The notes under the pieces were generated by a model that worked only from the letters and a program-made list of their open reading frames with translations, searched no databases and was not told where the DNA came from. Shown here piece after piece: positions 1 through 10,218 of a stretch of 64,000 nt of DNA (position 1 is its first letter; every line of letters starts with the position of its first letter). The stretch lies in the IMG/VR virus record IMGVR_UViG_2687453522_000001. One strand, written 5' to 3'. The DNA comes from a virus. Its lineage: Duplodnaviria; Heunggongvirae; Uroviricota; Caudoviricetes. Both the position numbers and the translations under genes were made by a program.

Positions 1-5
1 TTTAC

Positions 6-365
6 TCATAGCACCACGTCCTGTGTGATAGTTATATCCCTGATACGAATGGATATTTTCAACTTATCAAAAGCATCTCCCTCGGCTACTGACAAGCCAG
101 AAATCGGTATGTCAGGTAAATCTACCGTCAGTTTTTGCAACAGCATTGCCTCAACCGCAATTTGAACATGCGACAAGTTGGTCGGTTCGTGTTTAAACTG
201 CGGTAAAACATTGCCCCATGACGGATCTCCGTATACCTCACCCTGATAAGTGTTTAGCCACTCATATAAACGAGCGCCCCAGGCCTCCTCCTGGGACTCA
301 TACGTTTTTACGCCGGATAACTCCAGCGTCAGTAAAGGATCAATTTCATTATTGTTGGCCATCAA
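6..365 (-). CDS. Phage tail/baseplate-associated morphogenesis protein (hypothetical)
   Basis: 119-aa minus-strand ORF immediately downstream of sit with a 4-nt start/stop overlap; its TGA stop at 6-8 overlaps the ATG of a further minus-strand gene running off the window start; no domain recognised. Confidence 0.45.
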   Translation of the reverse strand: MMANNNEIDPLLTLELSGVKTYESQEEAWGARLYEWLNTYQGEVYGDPSWGNVLPQFKHEPTNLSHVQIAVEAMLLQKLTVDLPDIPISGLSVAEGDAFDKLKISIRIRDITITQDVVL

Positions 366-3300
366 TCAACTCTCGCGTAGTCATTCATCAACGGATCATC
401 AATTGACAGTGGCACCGTGCGCATAACGCCCGGTTGAGGCGTGCTGACCTTTACGACAGTTCCCTGGCCTTTCGCCGAGTCTTTAGTGTGCTCTTCAATC
501 CTGGCAAGCAATGAGGTCATCTGCGCAAACAGCCGCTTCGTTTCACCATCAAGTGAAACGGTATTATCAGCCAACTGCATTGTCGGCTTGGCACCGGAGC
601 CGCCAAGGTCACTAATAACCTGTCCGTCTATCTGCATACGACCGGTTGGTTGCTGCAAATCGTTGGCGGCAGTCGTCACCTGGGACGTGGAGGCTGGTTC
701 AGGCGCATTATTTTTCCGCATCCCCGGCGAGTTGCGGAGTTTATCAAATAGTCCATCAATCCCCATTTGTGCGCCGAGTTGGTCAAAGTAACTTGAGTTG
801 CTGGCCACCGGACGCGCCTCTTCAACTGGCATCGGAGTATCAACATACACATTGCCAGCTGCTGTTGCGGTCCCCTTCCCTCGTGCACGTTCTTCGAGCG
901 TTCCCTGAACGACTTCCCGACGCATACCCCGGCCATTCATGAATTTGTTGACCAGATCGTTAACGCCAACAGCATTGCCAATTTTGTCTACCAGACCGCC
1001 TTTCTCAAACGGGCTATCACCAGGGGTAAACGCCAGGCCAGTAGACTGATCGATAACAGCGTTATCAGGCAGTGGTCCCCTCACTCCATATTGCGCCCCA
1101 CCCTGTGCTCCTGCTCCAGGTGTATAGATTTCACCACCTAAATAGCGAGCACGATGAGTATTGACCTTGATCGCGTACTCACGGTTTTCTTTCGATAAGT
1201 CACCTGTGCCTTTTTTCCACTTATTGATAGTGCCAAACCCAGCATTATATGCAGTGATGGCCTCGTTTAAGTCTCCATTGGCTTGCTTCAGATATTTGCT
1301 CATGAGAAGAGCCGCAGCTTCTGCCGATTTCACAGGATCAAACGATTCACCTTCAGCTAAGCCAGTCTCTTCACGAGCAATCCCCGTGAACTGAAACATC
1401 CCCAGAGCACCGGTTTGGGATTTTGCATACGGATTACCACCAGATTCAGTTGCAGCAATCGCGTAAAGAGTGCCTTCTGGAAGACCGTATTTATTCTCTA
1501 GTTCAGCAAAATACGGAGCCAACTTATCGAGATTTGCCTTACCTTCAGCTCCAAGACTTCCGACTTTTACATCCAAGTTGCCATTATTGTAGGTATCCGC
1601 AGCTTTCTGAATATCATTCCTGGTTCCAGTAGTATTACGCGACGATGATGACGAGCTATTTTGACCAATAGCTTTATCAATTTTCTGCAACGCGCTATTG
1701 CCCGTTTCTACAGCATTTGCATTGATTATCTGATTGGCAGTTTCTTTAACTGTTTTATTGCTATCTTTCGCCGTATCTAGGGATGCATTTACAACACGAG
1801 TGACAATATTAGCCTTTTTAGAGGTATATTCAGTCTTAGGAGCATTGTCCTCCTGACGTTCTTTAGCAGGTGTTTTTAATTCAGGTGTAACCTCTTTCGC
1901 ATCCGCTTTATTGACTAGCTTTGATGCAACCCAGGCCACTGGGGTGCTCTGAACAGCGGCATCTGCAACCTCACCTGAAAGCTCTTTTGCGGCACTCCAT
2001 AGATTACTGCCAGCTTCTTTAATGTATTTCCCTGGGTTCTTAATGAAATCAATTGCACTATCAATTGCATCACTGAAAACCTTTTTCAGGTTATCGACAG
2101 TAAAGAAGTCTTTGATGGCGTCTAATTTTTCGTTCAGACTCTTGGTTGTGTCACTGAACCAGGCTGAAATAGCATCGCCAATCTTGGCTGTGTAATCGTT
2201 GAATGTTGTGGATATGGTGTCACCAAGGTTAGAAATATATGTTTCTAAATTGGTAATCCCACTATCAATGGCCTGGGCAATACTTTCCGTCGAAAATGAT
2301 TGCAACATATTGCCGATATCCTCAAATCCAAGTGATTTGAGAACGCCACCAATGGCATTGCTAATACCAGATACCAGTCCTCCCATATCGAGAACGTTAG
2401 CCAGTGTATAAGCCGCTTTTTGCTGAAAAGATGGATCTTCCCCATCCTTAAGCCCAAAGGTCCGACGTTGTGCTTCTGTATCATTCCAACCGGTTACCGC
2501 ATCATAGATACCTCCAGCCACCGTGCCGACTAGCGGAATTGCGCGTAAAGCCCCCTTTGCAAAAGCCTTAACACCTAGTTTCTCCAATCCCTTAGTTGCA
2601 AGTTTTCCGGCACCGCGAGTAGCCAATTCGCCAGCTTCTTTGGCAGCAGCTTTTTTCCCACCAAAGCCCAATAAGCTTGCAACTTTTTTTATACCTAAAG
2701 CGCCTAGTGCCATCGAGCCAACTTTCTTTAGTGCCCCACGGCCAAAAATAAGGGAAGCAATACCACCGGCCCCCTTCCCTAACAGGCTAAATAATTTGGA
2801 CAGCAAGCCGCCCTTCTTTTTCCCGGTGTTTTTGGCTATCTGATCAAGGGCGCTGAGAATCTTGTCATTGCCCTCTTTAATTTCGCTGGTCTGATCCTGA
2901 AGTTCCTGAACCGTCCGTTTTTGGGTGTTAACCTGAACGACATCGGCACTATTTTGCGATTTACGCCTAAAAAAACCTTTTCTACGGCTGTTATCGTCAT
3001 TGCCACGAATCACATCGGCAATAGACTTTCTGGCGCCATTAAGCGATCCACCAACTTCTTTTGATATCCCGCCAAGCTCCTTCCCTGCTGCCCACAATGG
3101 ACCAGCAACGGCATAACCTAACGCATCGACGGCACGAGTCTCTGAAGGGTTACCTATGCCTTCAGCTACTTTTGACAGTTTTTTTAATAAACCTGATTCA
3201 GCATTTAGACGCTCATCATCCTCTTTGCGCCTGGCCTTTTCAGCACGTTCAGCACGGGCATCTTCCGCTGCGGCCTTACTCCCTGACTTTCCAATAAAAC

Positions 3301-4057
3301 GACCACGCGCATCGCGTTGGTTTTGGCTTTTTTGCGCACCGCCTTTTTGATCGAACATTTCGCGAGCGTGTTCGGCTGCTTCGGTCCGTTGTGCCTTTAT
3401 ATCCTCTGATATAGCCTTCCTGCGTCTTTTTTTACCCTTTGGTGTAGTTGATTTGGCCTGCTGTTCCTGTTGAGCAATGCCCTCCTGAACTACACGAGAA
3501 ACGTCCCCTAAATTAAGCCGTTTCATTGCGTCAACAATAGGGTCTACTGATGGCGCATTGGCCACAAAGTCTGGCCGGGAATTTTCGATTGTTCGATTTA
3601 ATGCCGACACACTGCGAGATACTGGGTCAACCGTTGCAACGCGTTCCCCTTTCAAATCACGAGCGAGTTTGACCGTTTCTAACCGCTGTGCTTTAACATC
3701 CTCTGTTATTGCCTCTCTTCGTCTATTTGGGGGATTGTGCGCTGTTGGTGCAGCCTGCTGTTCACGGTTAGTGACTTTGTCCTCCCGTATACGAGAAGCG
3801 TCCCCTAAATTAAGCCGTTTCATTGCGTCAACAATAGAGTCCACTGATGGCACATTGGTCACAAAGTCAGGACGTGAATTTTCGATTGTGCGATTTAATG
3901 CCGACACACTGCGAGAGACAGGATCAACAGTTGCAACTCGTTCCCCTTTCAAATCTTCAACAGCTTCCCGAATACCTGCAAGCTCTTCCAGCTCTTTCGC
4001 GCTGGCGGTTTCAACTGTCCTTATAACATCGTCAATATTGGCGTTTTTTCTTTCCAT
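362..4057 (-). CDS. sit: Sit-like structural injection transglycosylase / tape-measure-like protein
   Basis: 1231-aa ORF; soluble lytic transglycosylase motifs in the translation (ATESGGNPYA, GALGMFQF, AYNAGFG); long Gly/Ala/Lys-rich low-complexity region; position and size match P1 sit. Confidence 0.85.
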   Translation of the reverse strand: MERKNANIDDVIRTVETASAKELEELAGIREAVEDLKGERVATVDPVSRSVSALNRTIENSRPDFVTNVPSVDSIVDAMKRLNLGDASRIREDKVTNREQQAAPTAHNPPNRRREAITEDVKAQRLETVKLARDLKGERVATVDPVSRSVSALNRTIENSRPDFVANAPSVDPIVDAMKRLNLGDVSRVVQEGIAQQEQQAKSTTPKGKKRRRKAISEDIKAQRTEAAEHAREMFDQKGGAQKSQNQRDARGRFIGKSGSKAAAEDARAERAEKARRKEDDERLNAESGLLKKLSKVAEGIGNPSETRAVDALGYAVAGPLWAAGKELGGISKEVGGSLNGARKSIADVIRGNDDNSRRKGFFRRKSQNSADVVQVNTQKRTVQELQDQTSEIKEGNDKILSALDQIAKNTGKKKGGLLSKLFSLLGKGAGGIASLIFGRGALKKVGSMALGALGIKKVASLLGFGGKKAAAKEAGELATRGAGKLATKGLEKLGVKAFAKGALRAIPLVGTVAGGIYDAVTGWNDTEAQRRTFGLKDGEDPSFQQKAAYTLANVLDMGGLVSGISNAIGGVLKSLGFEDIGNMLQSFSTESIAQAIDSGITNLETYISNLGDTISTTFNDYTAKIGDAISAWFSDTTKSLNEKLDAIKDFFTVDNLKKVFSDAIDSAIDFIKNPGKYIKEAGSNLWSAAKELSGEVADAAVQSTPVAWVASKLVNKADAKEVTPELKTPAKERQEDNAPKTEYTSKKANIVTRVVNASLDTAKDSNKTVKETANQIINANAVETGNSALQKIDKAIGQNSSSSSSRNTTGTRNDIQKAADTYNNGNLDVKVGSLGAEGKANLDKLAPYFAELENKYGLPEGTLYAIAATESGGNPYAKSQTGALGMFQFTGIAREETGLAEGESFDPVKSAEAAALLMSKYLKQANGDLNEAITAYNAGFGTINKWKKGTGDLSKENREYAIKVNTHRARYLGGEIYTPGAGAQGGAQYGVRGPLPDNAVIDQSTGLAFTPGDSPFEKGGLVDKIGNAVGVNDLVNKFMNGRGMRREVVQGTLEERARGKGTATAAGNVYVDTPMPVEEARPVASNSSYFDQLGAQMGIDGLFDKLRNSPGMRKNNAPEPASTSQVTTAANDLQQPTGRMQIDGQVISDLGGSGAKPTMQLADNTVSLDGETKRLFAQMTSLLARIEEHTKDSAKGQGTVVKVSTPQPGVMRTVPLSIDDPLMNDYARVD
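3370..4000. repeat. In-frame tandem duplication (about 300-bp unit, 2 copies plus partial third) inside sit
   Basis: Near-identical DNA blocks starting near 3501 and 3799 (cgtcccctaaattaagccgtttcattgcgtcaacaatag...); protein segment DLKGERVATVDPVSRSVSALNRTIENSRPDFV... occurs twice about 100 aa apart. Confidence 0.8.
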
Positions 4058-4138
4058 GATCTTATCGCCTACCGTTTCGGTTTAAGTTTTTCTTCCAGTT
4101 TCTCCAACAGGAAAAACGCATAGGATTCAGTAAGCCTT

Positions 4139-5020
4139 TCAGCGTCCTGAATCGGTATACCCCCATACAAAACCAGGTTGGACACTAAGGTCTGATAGCT
4201 TTTCAATCCCCACCTGTGGAATGAAGTCGGTAGCCCGAAAGGGCACCCACAGACGGGTATACGCACCCTCTGTGGACTCCTTTGTATCCTGGTTTGGGCA
4301 TTTGTGCGGCGGGAGACGAAGACGCATTTCGCCTTTATCGATGTAGCACGGTAAACCATGTTCGAGCTTTTCATGAGCCAGCCGGATGTGTGCCGCCAGC
4401 TTCATAAATTCAGTATCAATGGCCATCCGTTTGATCGTTTCATAACGACGCTCAGCCTGCTCTTCACGAGTACCGCTAACATCGTTATAAAGTTCACACT
4501 GATAAGCGAATTCCCAAAAACGCAAATCAACGATCGCTTCTTTGAATTCCGCGTCGTCTTCAGGTGGCAATGCTGCTCGGCGCATCTCCAGCATTTCCAT
4601 TGCCCAACCATCAAGCGGCACGATACGCCATTGATAAGGCACGCCCTCTACAGACACCTCAATATCGTCAATGAACGGTTCCACTTCCAGGACCTGGATA
4701 TCTTCAGCCAGAGCATTCATATCGCAATCGTAATAATGCTCTTTACCGCAATGTTTACAGGTGTAGGTAAATGTCTCGATCGGTGTTTCGCGGGAGCCAG
4801 TAAATATCCACCATAACGCGGTAATCCGGTCCTGTGCCGTCCATTTCAGTGGATCATGTTTCGCAGCTTCAGCCAGCAAGGCTTTTAAATACGCTGTTGT
4901 CTGCTGTTCTTGTTCCTCCGGTGTTATCGAGTTGAAACGCATCGCATCAGCAATATTTGGCTGACGGAACTGGATTAATTCAGTTGGCCGCGATGGTAGC
5001 GGGAAAAGGGGTAAAAGCAT
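4139..5020 (-). CDS. Phage morphogenesis protein (hypothetical)
   Basis: 293-aa minus-strand ORF directly upstream of sit in the same operon orientation; several Cys/His pairs (CKHCGKEHYYDC); no confident domain. Confidence 0.5.
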   Translation of the reverse strand: MLLPLFPLPSRPTELIQFRQPNIADAMRFNSITPEEQEQQTTAYLKALLAEAAKHDPLKWTAQDRITALWWIFTGSRETPIETFTYTCKHCGKEHYYDCDMNALAEDIQVLEVEPFIDDIEVSVEGVPYQWRIVPLDGWAMEMLEMRRAALPPEDDAEFKEAIVDLRFWEFAYQCELYNDVSGTREEQAERRYETIKRMAIDTEFMKLAAHIRLAHEKLEHGLPCYIDKGEMRLRLPPHKCPNQDTKESTEGAYTRLWVPFRATDFIPQVGIEKLSDLSVQPGFVWGYTDSGR

Positions 5021-5034
5021 CCTTGCTCCTTAAT

Positions 5035-5646
5035 TTAAAGCGAAAAACTAAAGCCCAGAAGGGAAGCTAAAGAACTTGAGGATTGGTTAAACGTGCTGTG
5101 CAACGCGAAGGTCATTGGGAATGACTTAAATTCCGTAACCTGATCCCGCGCATAGGTGACATCGCCGGTAGTGACCGGGAATACCGTCATCTCATTTTCC
5201 AGTTTGGTTAAACCGGAGGACAGCAACCGATAAATACGCACATTGAGCAAATATTTAGACGGTATATTCCCGGTACCGTCCGGATTGATCACCCGACTTT
5301 TTGCCGTCTTAAACCAGTCCAAAACGAGGCCATCAACGGTATCCCTGACCATCATTGTTATCTGCCCAGGCGAACGCTCCGTTGGCTGAAGGATATTCCC
5401 TCCGCCGATTTTAATCGTTTCATATTCGATGCTGTAATCGTGGTAGGTAATGTCTTTAGCAAAGAAGTCTGCCCCCTCCAGACCATCAACTTCGACAGAG
5501 AACTGCCATCCTTGCGCGAACAGCATTTTGTTCATGATGATTGACGTCAGCTTACCAACTTCCCGCTCACCAACGCCGGAGCCAAATAATGTCGTCGTTA
5601 ATGCCGAAGATACATAAGACTTTACTGAAGCAACATTAAGCCCCAT
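5035..5646 (-). CDS. Phage tail structural protein (possibly tail tube)
   Basis: 203-aa minus-strand ORF in the tail block upstream of sit; size and position fit a tube-type protein, not verified. Confidence 0.4.
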   Translation of the reverse strand: MGLNVASVKSYVSSALTTTLFGSGVGEREVGKLTSIIMNKMLFAQGWQFSVEVDGLEGADFFAKDITYHDYSIEYETIKIGGGNILQPTERSPGQITMMVRDTVDGLVLDWFKTAKSRVINPDGTGNIPSKYLLNVRIYRLLSSGLTKLENEMTVFPVTTGDVTYARDQVTEFKSFPMTFALHSTFNQSSSSLASLLGFSFSL

Positions 5647-5656
5647 ATCAGCCCCC

Positions 5657-6247
<591 letters not shown>

Positions 6248-6417
6248 TTAACCGATTCTACGAGTAGTCATTTGTTCATTGAGTGGGAATATTGCCGTCC
6301 GGGAGTAATATGGTATCATTAAGTTAGAGTAGGTAGTGTAGATGGAATGAGGAGTATCATATGGTTATCACACAATCAGGTTGCTTTGAGTCAGGTTGTT
6401 TTGAGTAAAACAATAAA

Positions 6418-6443
6418 ACGCCCTTTAATGGGCGTATTTTTTT
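6418..6443 (+). terminator. Rho-independent terminator-like hairpin
   Basis: acgccc tttaat gggcgt stem-loop followed by tattttttt; no plus-strand CDS upstream within the window. Confidence 0.45.
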
Positions 6444-6453
6444 AGGATTTAAA

Positions 6454-7347
6454 ATGCATTCTTTACAGAAATACATAAAACATAAATATACTCACTTAAC
6501 TTTTTTTCTCTCATTACTTTTCTTCATGATATTTGAATCTCGAGAAGATATTATCAAGAAAACATTATCTTTTTCTCTCGATGAAGTTTTACCATTCTTA
6601 ATGTTTGCGTTCTTCTCCGCCTTTATCAGCATAACGATAAAGGAAAAGATAGCAAAAAAATACCCAGAAACAAACGATGGGATTACCATTATAGCTTTAA
6701 TCTTTGGTGTAACGCTATATAGTGTATTTATATTATATTATTTATATGGTGATGTATACCAATCCACAATTGCTTTACTTATAAGTTCTGTGCTACTTGG
6801 TTCTGGGTGGTGGGTTCAGGCTACTGTGAGTAAAGTAGCCGCAAGAAAATCACACACCTTAAATACACTAATGAATCAAAGAAACAGTGAATTATTTCAC
6901 AAAAAAGTCTCATCGGTAGCGAATACGTTCGGGCTTAGAAAAACCATAAATGAAATTATTGCCAAACAAAGACTTATCCCAAATGATAAAGATTTAAAAA
7001 ATAAAAAGGTCCATGATAAATACATATCAGCAGGTAATGATATGTTCTTCGTTCTTAATTATTATGAGTTTATCTGTTCAGGAATAATAAATGGAGACTT
7101 TGATGAAGATTCAATGAGAGAATGTCTTGGACAAATTGTTCCAGGTCTCGAAGTTAGAGCATTTCATTTTATAAGAATTGCAAGAGAAATTTCAGGGAGT
7201 AGCTGCTTCTGTAATTTTGTTGCTGTTTCAGATAAATGGTCTACTAATGGAGGCTCTCTTATTCTCAGACACGAGAAAGGAGAACCTGTGATCAATAACC
7301 TGACCCATTGCTTTGAAGAAACAGCCTGTTATAACACAACATCTTAA
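6454..7347 (+). CDS. Membrane protein with about four N-terminal TM helices and a C-terminal soluble domain (function unknown)
   Basis: 297-aa ORF in an AT-rich segment; hydrophobic stretches LTFFLSLLFFMIF, VLPFLMFAFFSAFISI, ITIIALIFGVTLYSVFILYYLY, STIALLISSVLLGSGWWV; AGGA about 8 nt upstream of the ATG. Confidence 0.6.
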   Translation: MHSLQKYIKHKYTHLTFFLSLLFFMIFESREDIIKKTLSFSLDEVLPFLMFAFFSAFISITIKEKIAKKYPETNDGITIIALIFGVTLYSVFILYYLYGDVYQSTIALLISSVLLGSGWWVQATVSKVAARKSHTLNTLMNQRNSELFHKKVSSVANTFGLRKTINEIIAKQRLIPNDKDLKNKKVHDKYISAGNDMFFVLNYYEFICSGIINGDFDEDSMRECLGQIVPGLEVRAFHFIRIAREISGSSCFCNFVAVSDKWSTNGGSLILRHEKGEPVINNLTHCFEETACYNTTS

Positions 7348-7398
7348 TATTTTGTAACCCATAATCGCTTTATGGGTTACGTTAAATTTGCAATAAAA

Positions 7399-7875
7399 TT
7401 AATCGCCGCGCTTTAAGCATCCATCGTTTTTAGCTTGTTGATATAATTTACTTAGCCCAGAAAGAGGAAATGTGGCAATTTTTTCATTATCAACATAAGC
7501 ATCGATCGCATTAGCATTTGAATCTGCTGCATCTTGCCAAAAGGCATACCACCAAGAATCTCCAACCATTGACCCAAGATTGCTAAAAGGGTATTGCTCA
7601 CCATCTAATGTTAATACTATTTTACTCTTGTCAGCATTATACTCTTTTTTATTATTCGACGACCTTAGCAACAGGCCTAAACTACCGGCACTATCTGGTG
7701 ATCCATACATGAAACCCATATCACATAAAAAACTTATCTTATCACCATTTTGATTATGGATTGTATATTCTCTCCCCCCTCTATCTTCAATTACATTCCA
7801 TTGTAGAGGATCAATTTTTGCAAATACTCCTGCTGAAATTAACGATACAAATAATAAAAACCATCTCATATTCAT
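7399..7875 (-). CDS. Secreted/periplasmic protein with N-terminal signal peptide
   Basis: 158-aa ORF; N-terminus MNMRWFLLFVSLISAGVFA is a classical signal peptide; AT-rich; downstream of the small membrane protein gene on the same strand. Confidence 0.6.
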   Translation of the reverse strand: MNMRWFLLFVSLISAGVFAKIDPLQWNVIEDRGGREYTIHNQNGDKISFLCDMGFMYGSPDSAGSLGLLLRSSNNKKEYNADKSKIVLTLDGEQYPFSNLGSMVGDSWWYAFWQDAADSNANAIDAYVDNEKIATFPLSGLSKLYQQAKNDGCLKRGD

Positions 7876-7897
7876 TTTTTTCGCTTCTTATCTGTAA

Positions 7898-8248
7898 TTA
7901 TTCTGCAATATCATTTGCCCATTGCACGGCAGCAAAATGAGTGCCCAAGCCACTCAGGAAAGCAATTATTCCCAAAACAATACTAGCTGCTGTTGATTCA
8001 AACAAAGCACCAATGCTATAGCCAATAGCTCCCCATACTAAGCTAAAGACAATCATCAATGGTATTGCCAGAAATTTTATTCTTAAACTAAAAATCAGTC
8101 CAAGAAATGAACCGCCAAAGGCCCACCATGATTTAGACATTAAACCTATCAGTATTGACAGAATTCCTATTTCAATAAAGAGAATATTAGATTGCTCTTC
8201 ATTGAATTTCGCATTTGTTACACCTTTACGAACATGTTCAGATGACAT
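7898..8248 (-). CDS. Small multi-pass inner-membrane protein
   Basis: 116-aa ORF with three to four hydrophobic helices (ILFIEIGILSILIGL, FLGLIFSL, AIPLMIVFSLVWGAIGYSIGALF, IVLGIIAFLSGL); first gene of a two-gene minus-strand unit. Confidence 0.55.
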   Translation of the reverse strand: MSSEHVRKGVTNAKFNEEQSNILFIEIGILSILIGLMSKSWWAFGGSFLGLIFSLRIKFLAIPLMIVFSLVWGAIGYSIGALFESTAASIVLGIIAFLSGLGTHFAAVQWANDIAE

Positions 8249-8394
8249 GATTAACTATCTCCAGCCACAGATAAAACGCCTTAAAATAACATTTTGTAGC
8301 ACAAAGTTTCACCATGCAATGGTCAAAGTCTTTGATCCATATCAATTAGAGTTATACATTTTAGTTGCATAGCTAATAATTTATACGGACACAA

Positions 8395-8411
8395 ATTGCT
8401 CTAATTATTTT
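8395..8411 (+). promoter_or_regulatory. C1 repressor operator-like site (Op51-like) upstream of immI
   Basis: attgctctaattatttt, 15/17 match to the P1 C1 operator consensus ATTGCTCTAATAAATTT. Confidence 0.7.
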
Positions 8412-8537
8412 GTTTTTTTAGTTTCATATGCTACATTAACTCGCTTGCGTGCTAATGCATTTTCGGTTTATCCTAAACAAGCATCTTAGTAAAACGGATG
8501 CCGGGATTGGAACCCCGGATAATGCAAAAGGCGACAC

Positions 8538-8560
8538 AGACGCCAAAAGCGTCTTTTTTA
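8538..8560 (+). terminator. Rho-independent terminator-like hairpin
   Basis: agacgc caaaa gcgtct stem-loop followed by tttttta. Confidence 0.5.
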
Positions 8561-8584
8561 TGTCATGCCATCGCACAACCATAC

Positions 8585-8680
8585 GTAGCACATAGCTACG
8601 AGATCAATGGTAGTGCTGGCTGGGCTGCCGAAAGGCAGGCCGGTTCCCTTTTGCGCCGGTAGTTCCAACCCAGTCAGTGC
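8585..8680 (+). ncRNA. c4: Candidate c4 antisense immunity RNA region (approximate)
   Basis: Non-coding stretch between the Op51-like operator and icd; contains a segment (gtagttccaaccc) partly complementary to gattggaacc found just upstream of the icd start, as expected for c4 and its target; boundaries not determinable by eye. Confidence 0.35.
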
Positions 8681-8744
8681 TACCGCCATTGAGATTGGAA
8701 CCTCACGCGGTAGCTCCTTAAATTAGCAAAAGGAGGCTGCCATT

Positions 8745-8966
8745 GTGGCTACTATCCCTACCCCAACTCATCCTGAATTTATCTGGCGCTTTTACTCCTG
8801 CCAGAAACGTCACTATCACTTCGTTATTGCACCGACAGAAGATGAGGCTCGCTCTCAGCTTCCGGATGCACCCTGTATTTTCTCTGCCCGCTTTTCTACC
8901 GATTCGCGCAATTCTCTCAGTTACTGGAGCCTCCCTGTTAACGCTTCTGCTCAGGAGGGACTATGA
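8745..8966 (+). CDS. icd: Icd-like small protein, translationally coupled to ant
   Basis: 73-aa ORF with GTG start, ending 4 nt into the ant ORF; position matches P1 icd. Confidence 0.55.
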   Translation: MATIPTPTHPEFIWRFYSCQKRHYHFVIAPTEDEARSQLPDAPCIFSARFSTDSRNSLSYWSLPVNASAQEGL

Positions 8967-10054
8967 GAACGTCATTAGTCACCCGTGAAGAGATGATCGA
9001 GGCAATTGAACAGCACACTGCCTGTATCAGTACCAGGGATATACCAGGCGTTATTGCCAACTACTTCATGATCACCAAACAACTTTACCGGAGAAAGGAC
9101 AAGAACGCGGTTCACCGTATCCTGTTGTCTGATATCCGCGAATACCTGCTCGAACAGGGTCATCTGAATTACGCAACCGTCGCAGCCGAAGCACGCAAGG
9201 AGGCACACAGAATGAAAGCAAATAACGTTAAATTAGAAAAAATTCATGCACCTTCAGTTCAGGAATCAGAGCTGGTGGTTGCTCAAAATCAGCCTGATGA
9301 AATTCCCGTTCTGGAATGGCTGGGAGTACGTGTAGTGACAACTGAGACTCTTGCTAAGGGGTATGGGACCGATGAAGCGAATATTCGTAAAAATTTGTCT
9401 CGCAACCCCGATCGCTTTGAAGAAGGTAAGCATTACTATCTCTTAACTGGTTCAAAATTAAAGGAATTTAAAAGGCTAGTGACTATTAGTCACTTGGTTA
9501 GCAAATATACAAGTCAGGTAATTCTCTGGGCCGAGCGCGGCGCTGCACGCATGTCTAAGATCGTGGACACAAATGAAGCTTGGGCATTCTTTGAAAAACT
9601 GGAAGACAGCTACTTCCGGCAAAAAGAACAGCAACCGGTCGCAATCCCCCAAACATTACCAGAAGCCCTACGCCTGGCTGCCGAGTTAGCAGAACAGAAA
9701 ATGCAGTTGGAACAACAGCTGGTGGCCGCAGCCCCTAAAGTCGATTTTGCCGACCGGGTATCAGTGGCCAATGGAATCCTGATCGGGAACTTTGCAAAGG
9801 TCGTTGGACTTAAGCAAAACGCCCTTTTCTCATGGTTGCGCCAGAATGGCATTCTCATGGCTTTTGGAGCGCGCAAAAACGTACCGCGCCAACAGTACAT
9901 CAACGCCGGGTATTTCACGGTGAAAGAAGTGGTGCTGGATGATGAAAATGGCTACCAGATACGGCTGACGCCCCAATTAACGGGTAAAGGCCAGCAGTGG
10001 TTAACTCGCAAGCTACTTGATGCTGGTTTGTTAAAACCAGTAGCAATAGGTTAA
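8963..10054 (+). CDS. ant1: Antirepressor Ant (ant1, with probable internal ant2 start)
   Basis: 363-aa ORF; C-terminal region shares a long conserved segment with KilA in this window (PEALRLAAELAEQK...GKGQQWL...LLDAG); position after c4/icd. Confidence 0.8.
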   Translation: MRTSLVTREEMIEAIEQHTACISTRDIPGVIANYFMITKQLYRRKDKNAVHRILLSDIREYLLEQGHLNYATVAAEARKEAHRMKANNVKLEKIHAPSVQESELVVAQNQPDEIPVLEWLGVRVVTTETLAKGYGTDEANIRKNLSRNPDRFEEGKHYYLLTGSKLKEFKRLVTISHLVSKYTSQVILWAERGAARMSKIVDTNEAWAFFEKLEDSYFRQKEQQPVAIPQTLPEALRLAAELAEQKMQLEQQLVAAAPKVDFADRVSVANGILIGNFAKVVGLKQNALFSWLRQNGILMAFGARKNVPRQQYINAGYFTVKEVVLDDENGYQIRLTPQLTGKGQQWLTRKLLDAGLLKPVAIG

Positions 10055-10060
10055 CAAAAG

Positions 10061-10092
10061 AAAAAAACCTGCCAGCAAACTGGCAGGTTTCT
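10061..10092 (+). terminator. Terminator-like hairpin after ant
   Basis: acctgccag caaa ctggcaggt stem-loop followed by ttct. Confidence 0.5.
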
Positions 10093-10132
10093 GAGCAGAT
10101 CGTCCAACCCGATCTGGATCGAGTCAGAAAAA

Positions 10133-10149
10133 TTTGCTCTAATAAATTT
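10133..10149 (+). promoter_or_regulatory. C1 operator-like site (Op53-like) upstream of kilA-repL
   Basis: tttgctctaataaattt, 16/17 match to the C1 operator consensus, 70 bp upstream of kilA. Confidence 0.7.
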
Positions 10150-10218
10150 CGTTTTCTAAGTGCAAAGAATCACCATTTCGAGCTGGTGATTGAAGGTTGA
10201 TGCAAATTTGGAGAAAAA

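Noticed and set aside
3558-4085. 175-aa plus-strand ORF antisense to sit, plus similar antisense ORFs at 441-942 and 1161-1632
   Set aside because: Fully embedded opposite the long sit reading frame; low-complexity translations; no start context.
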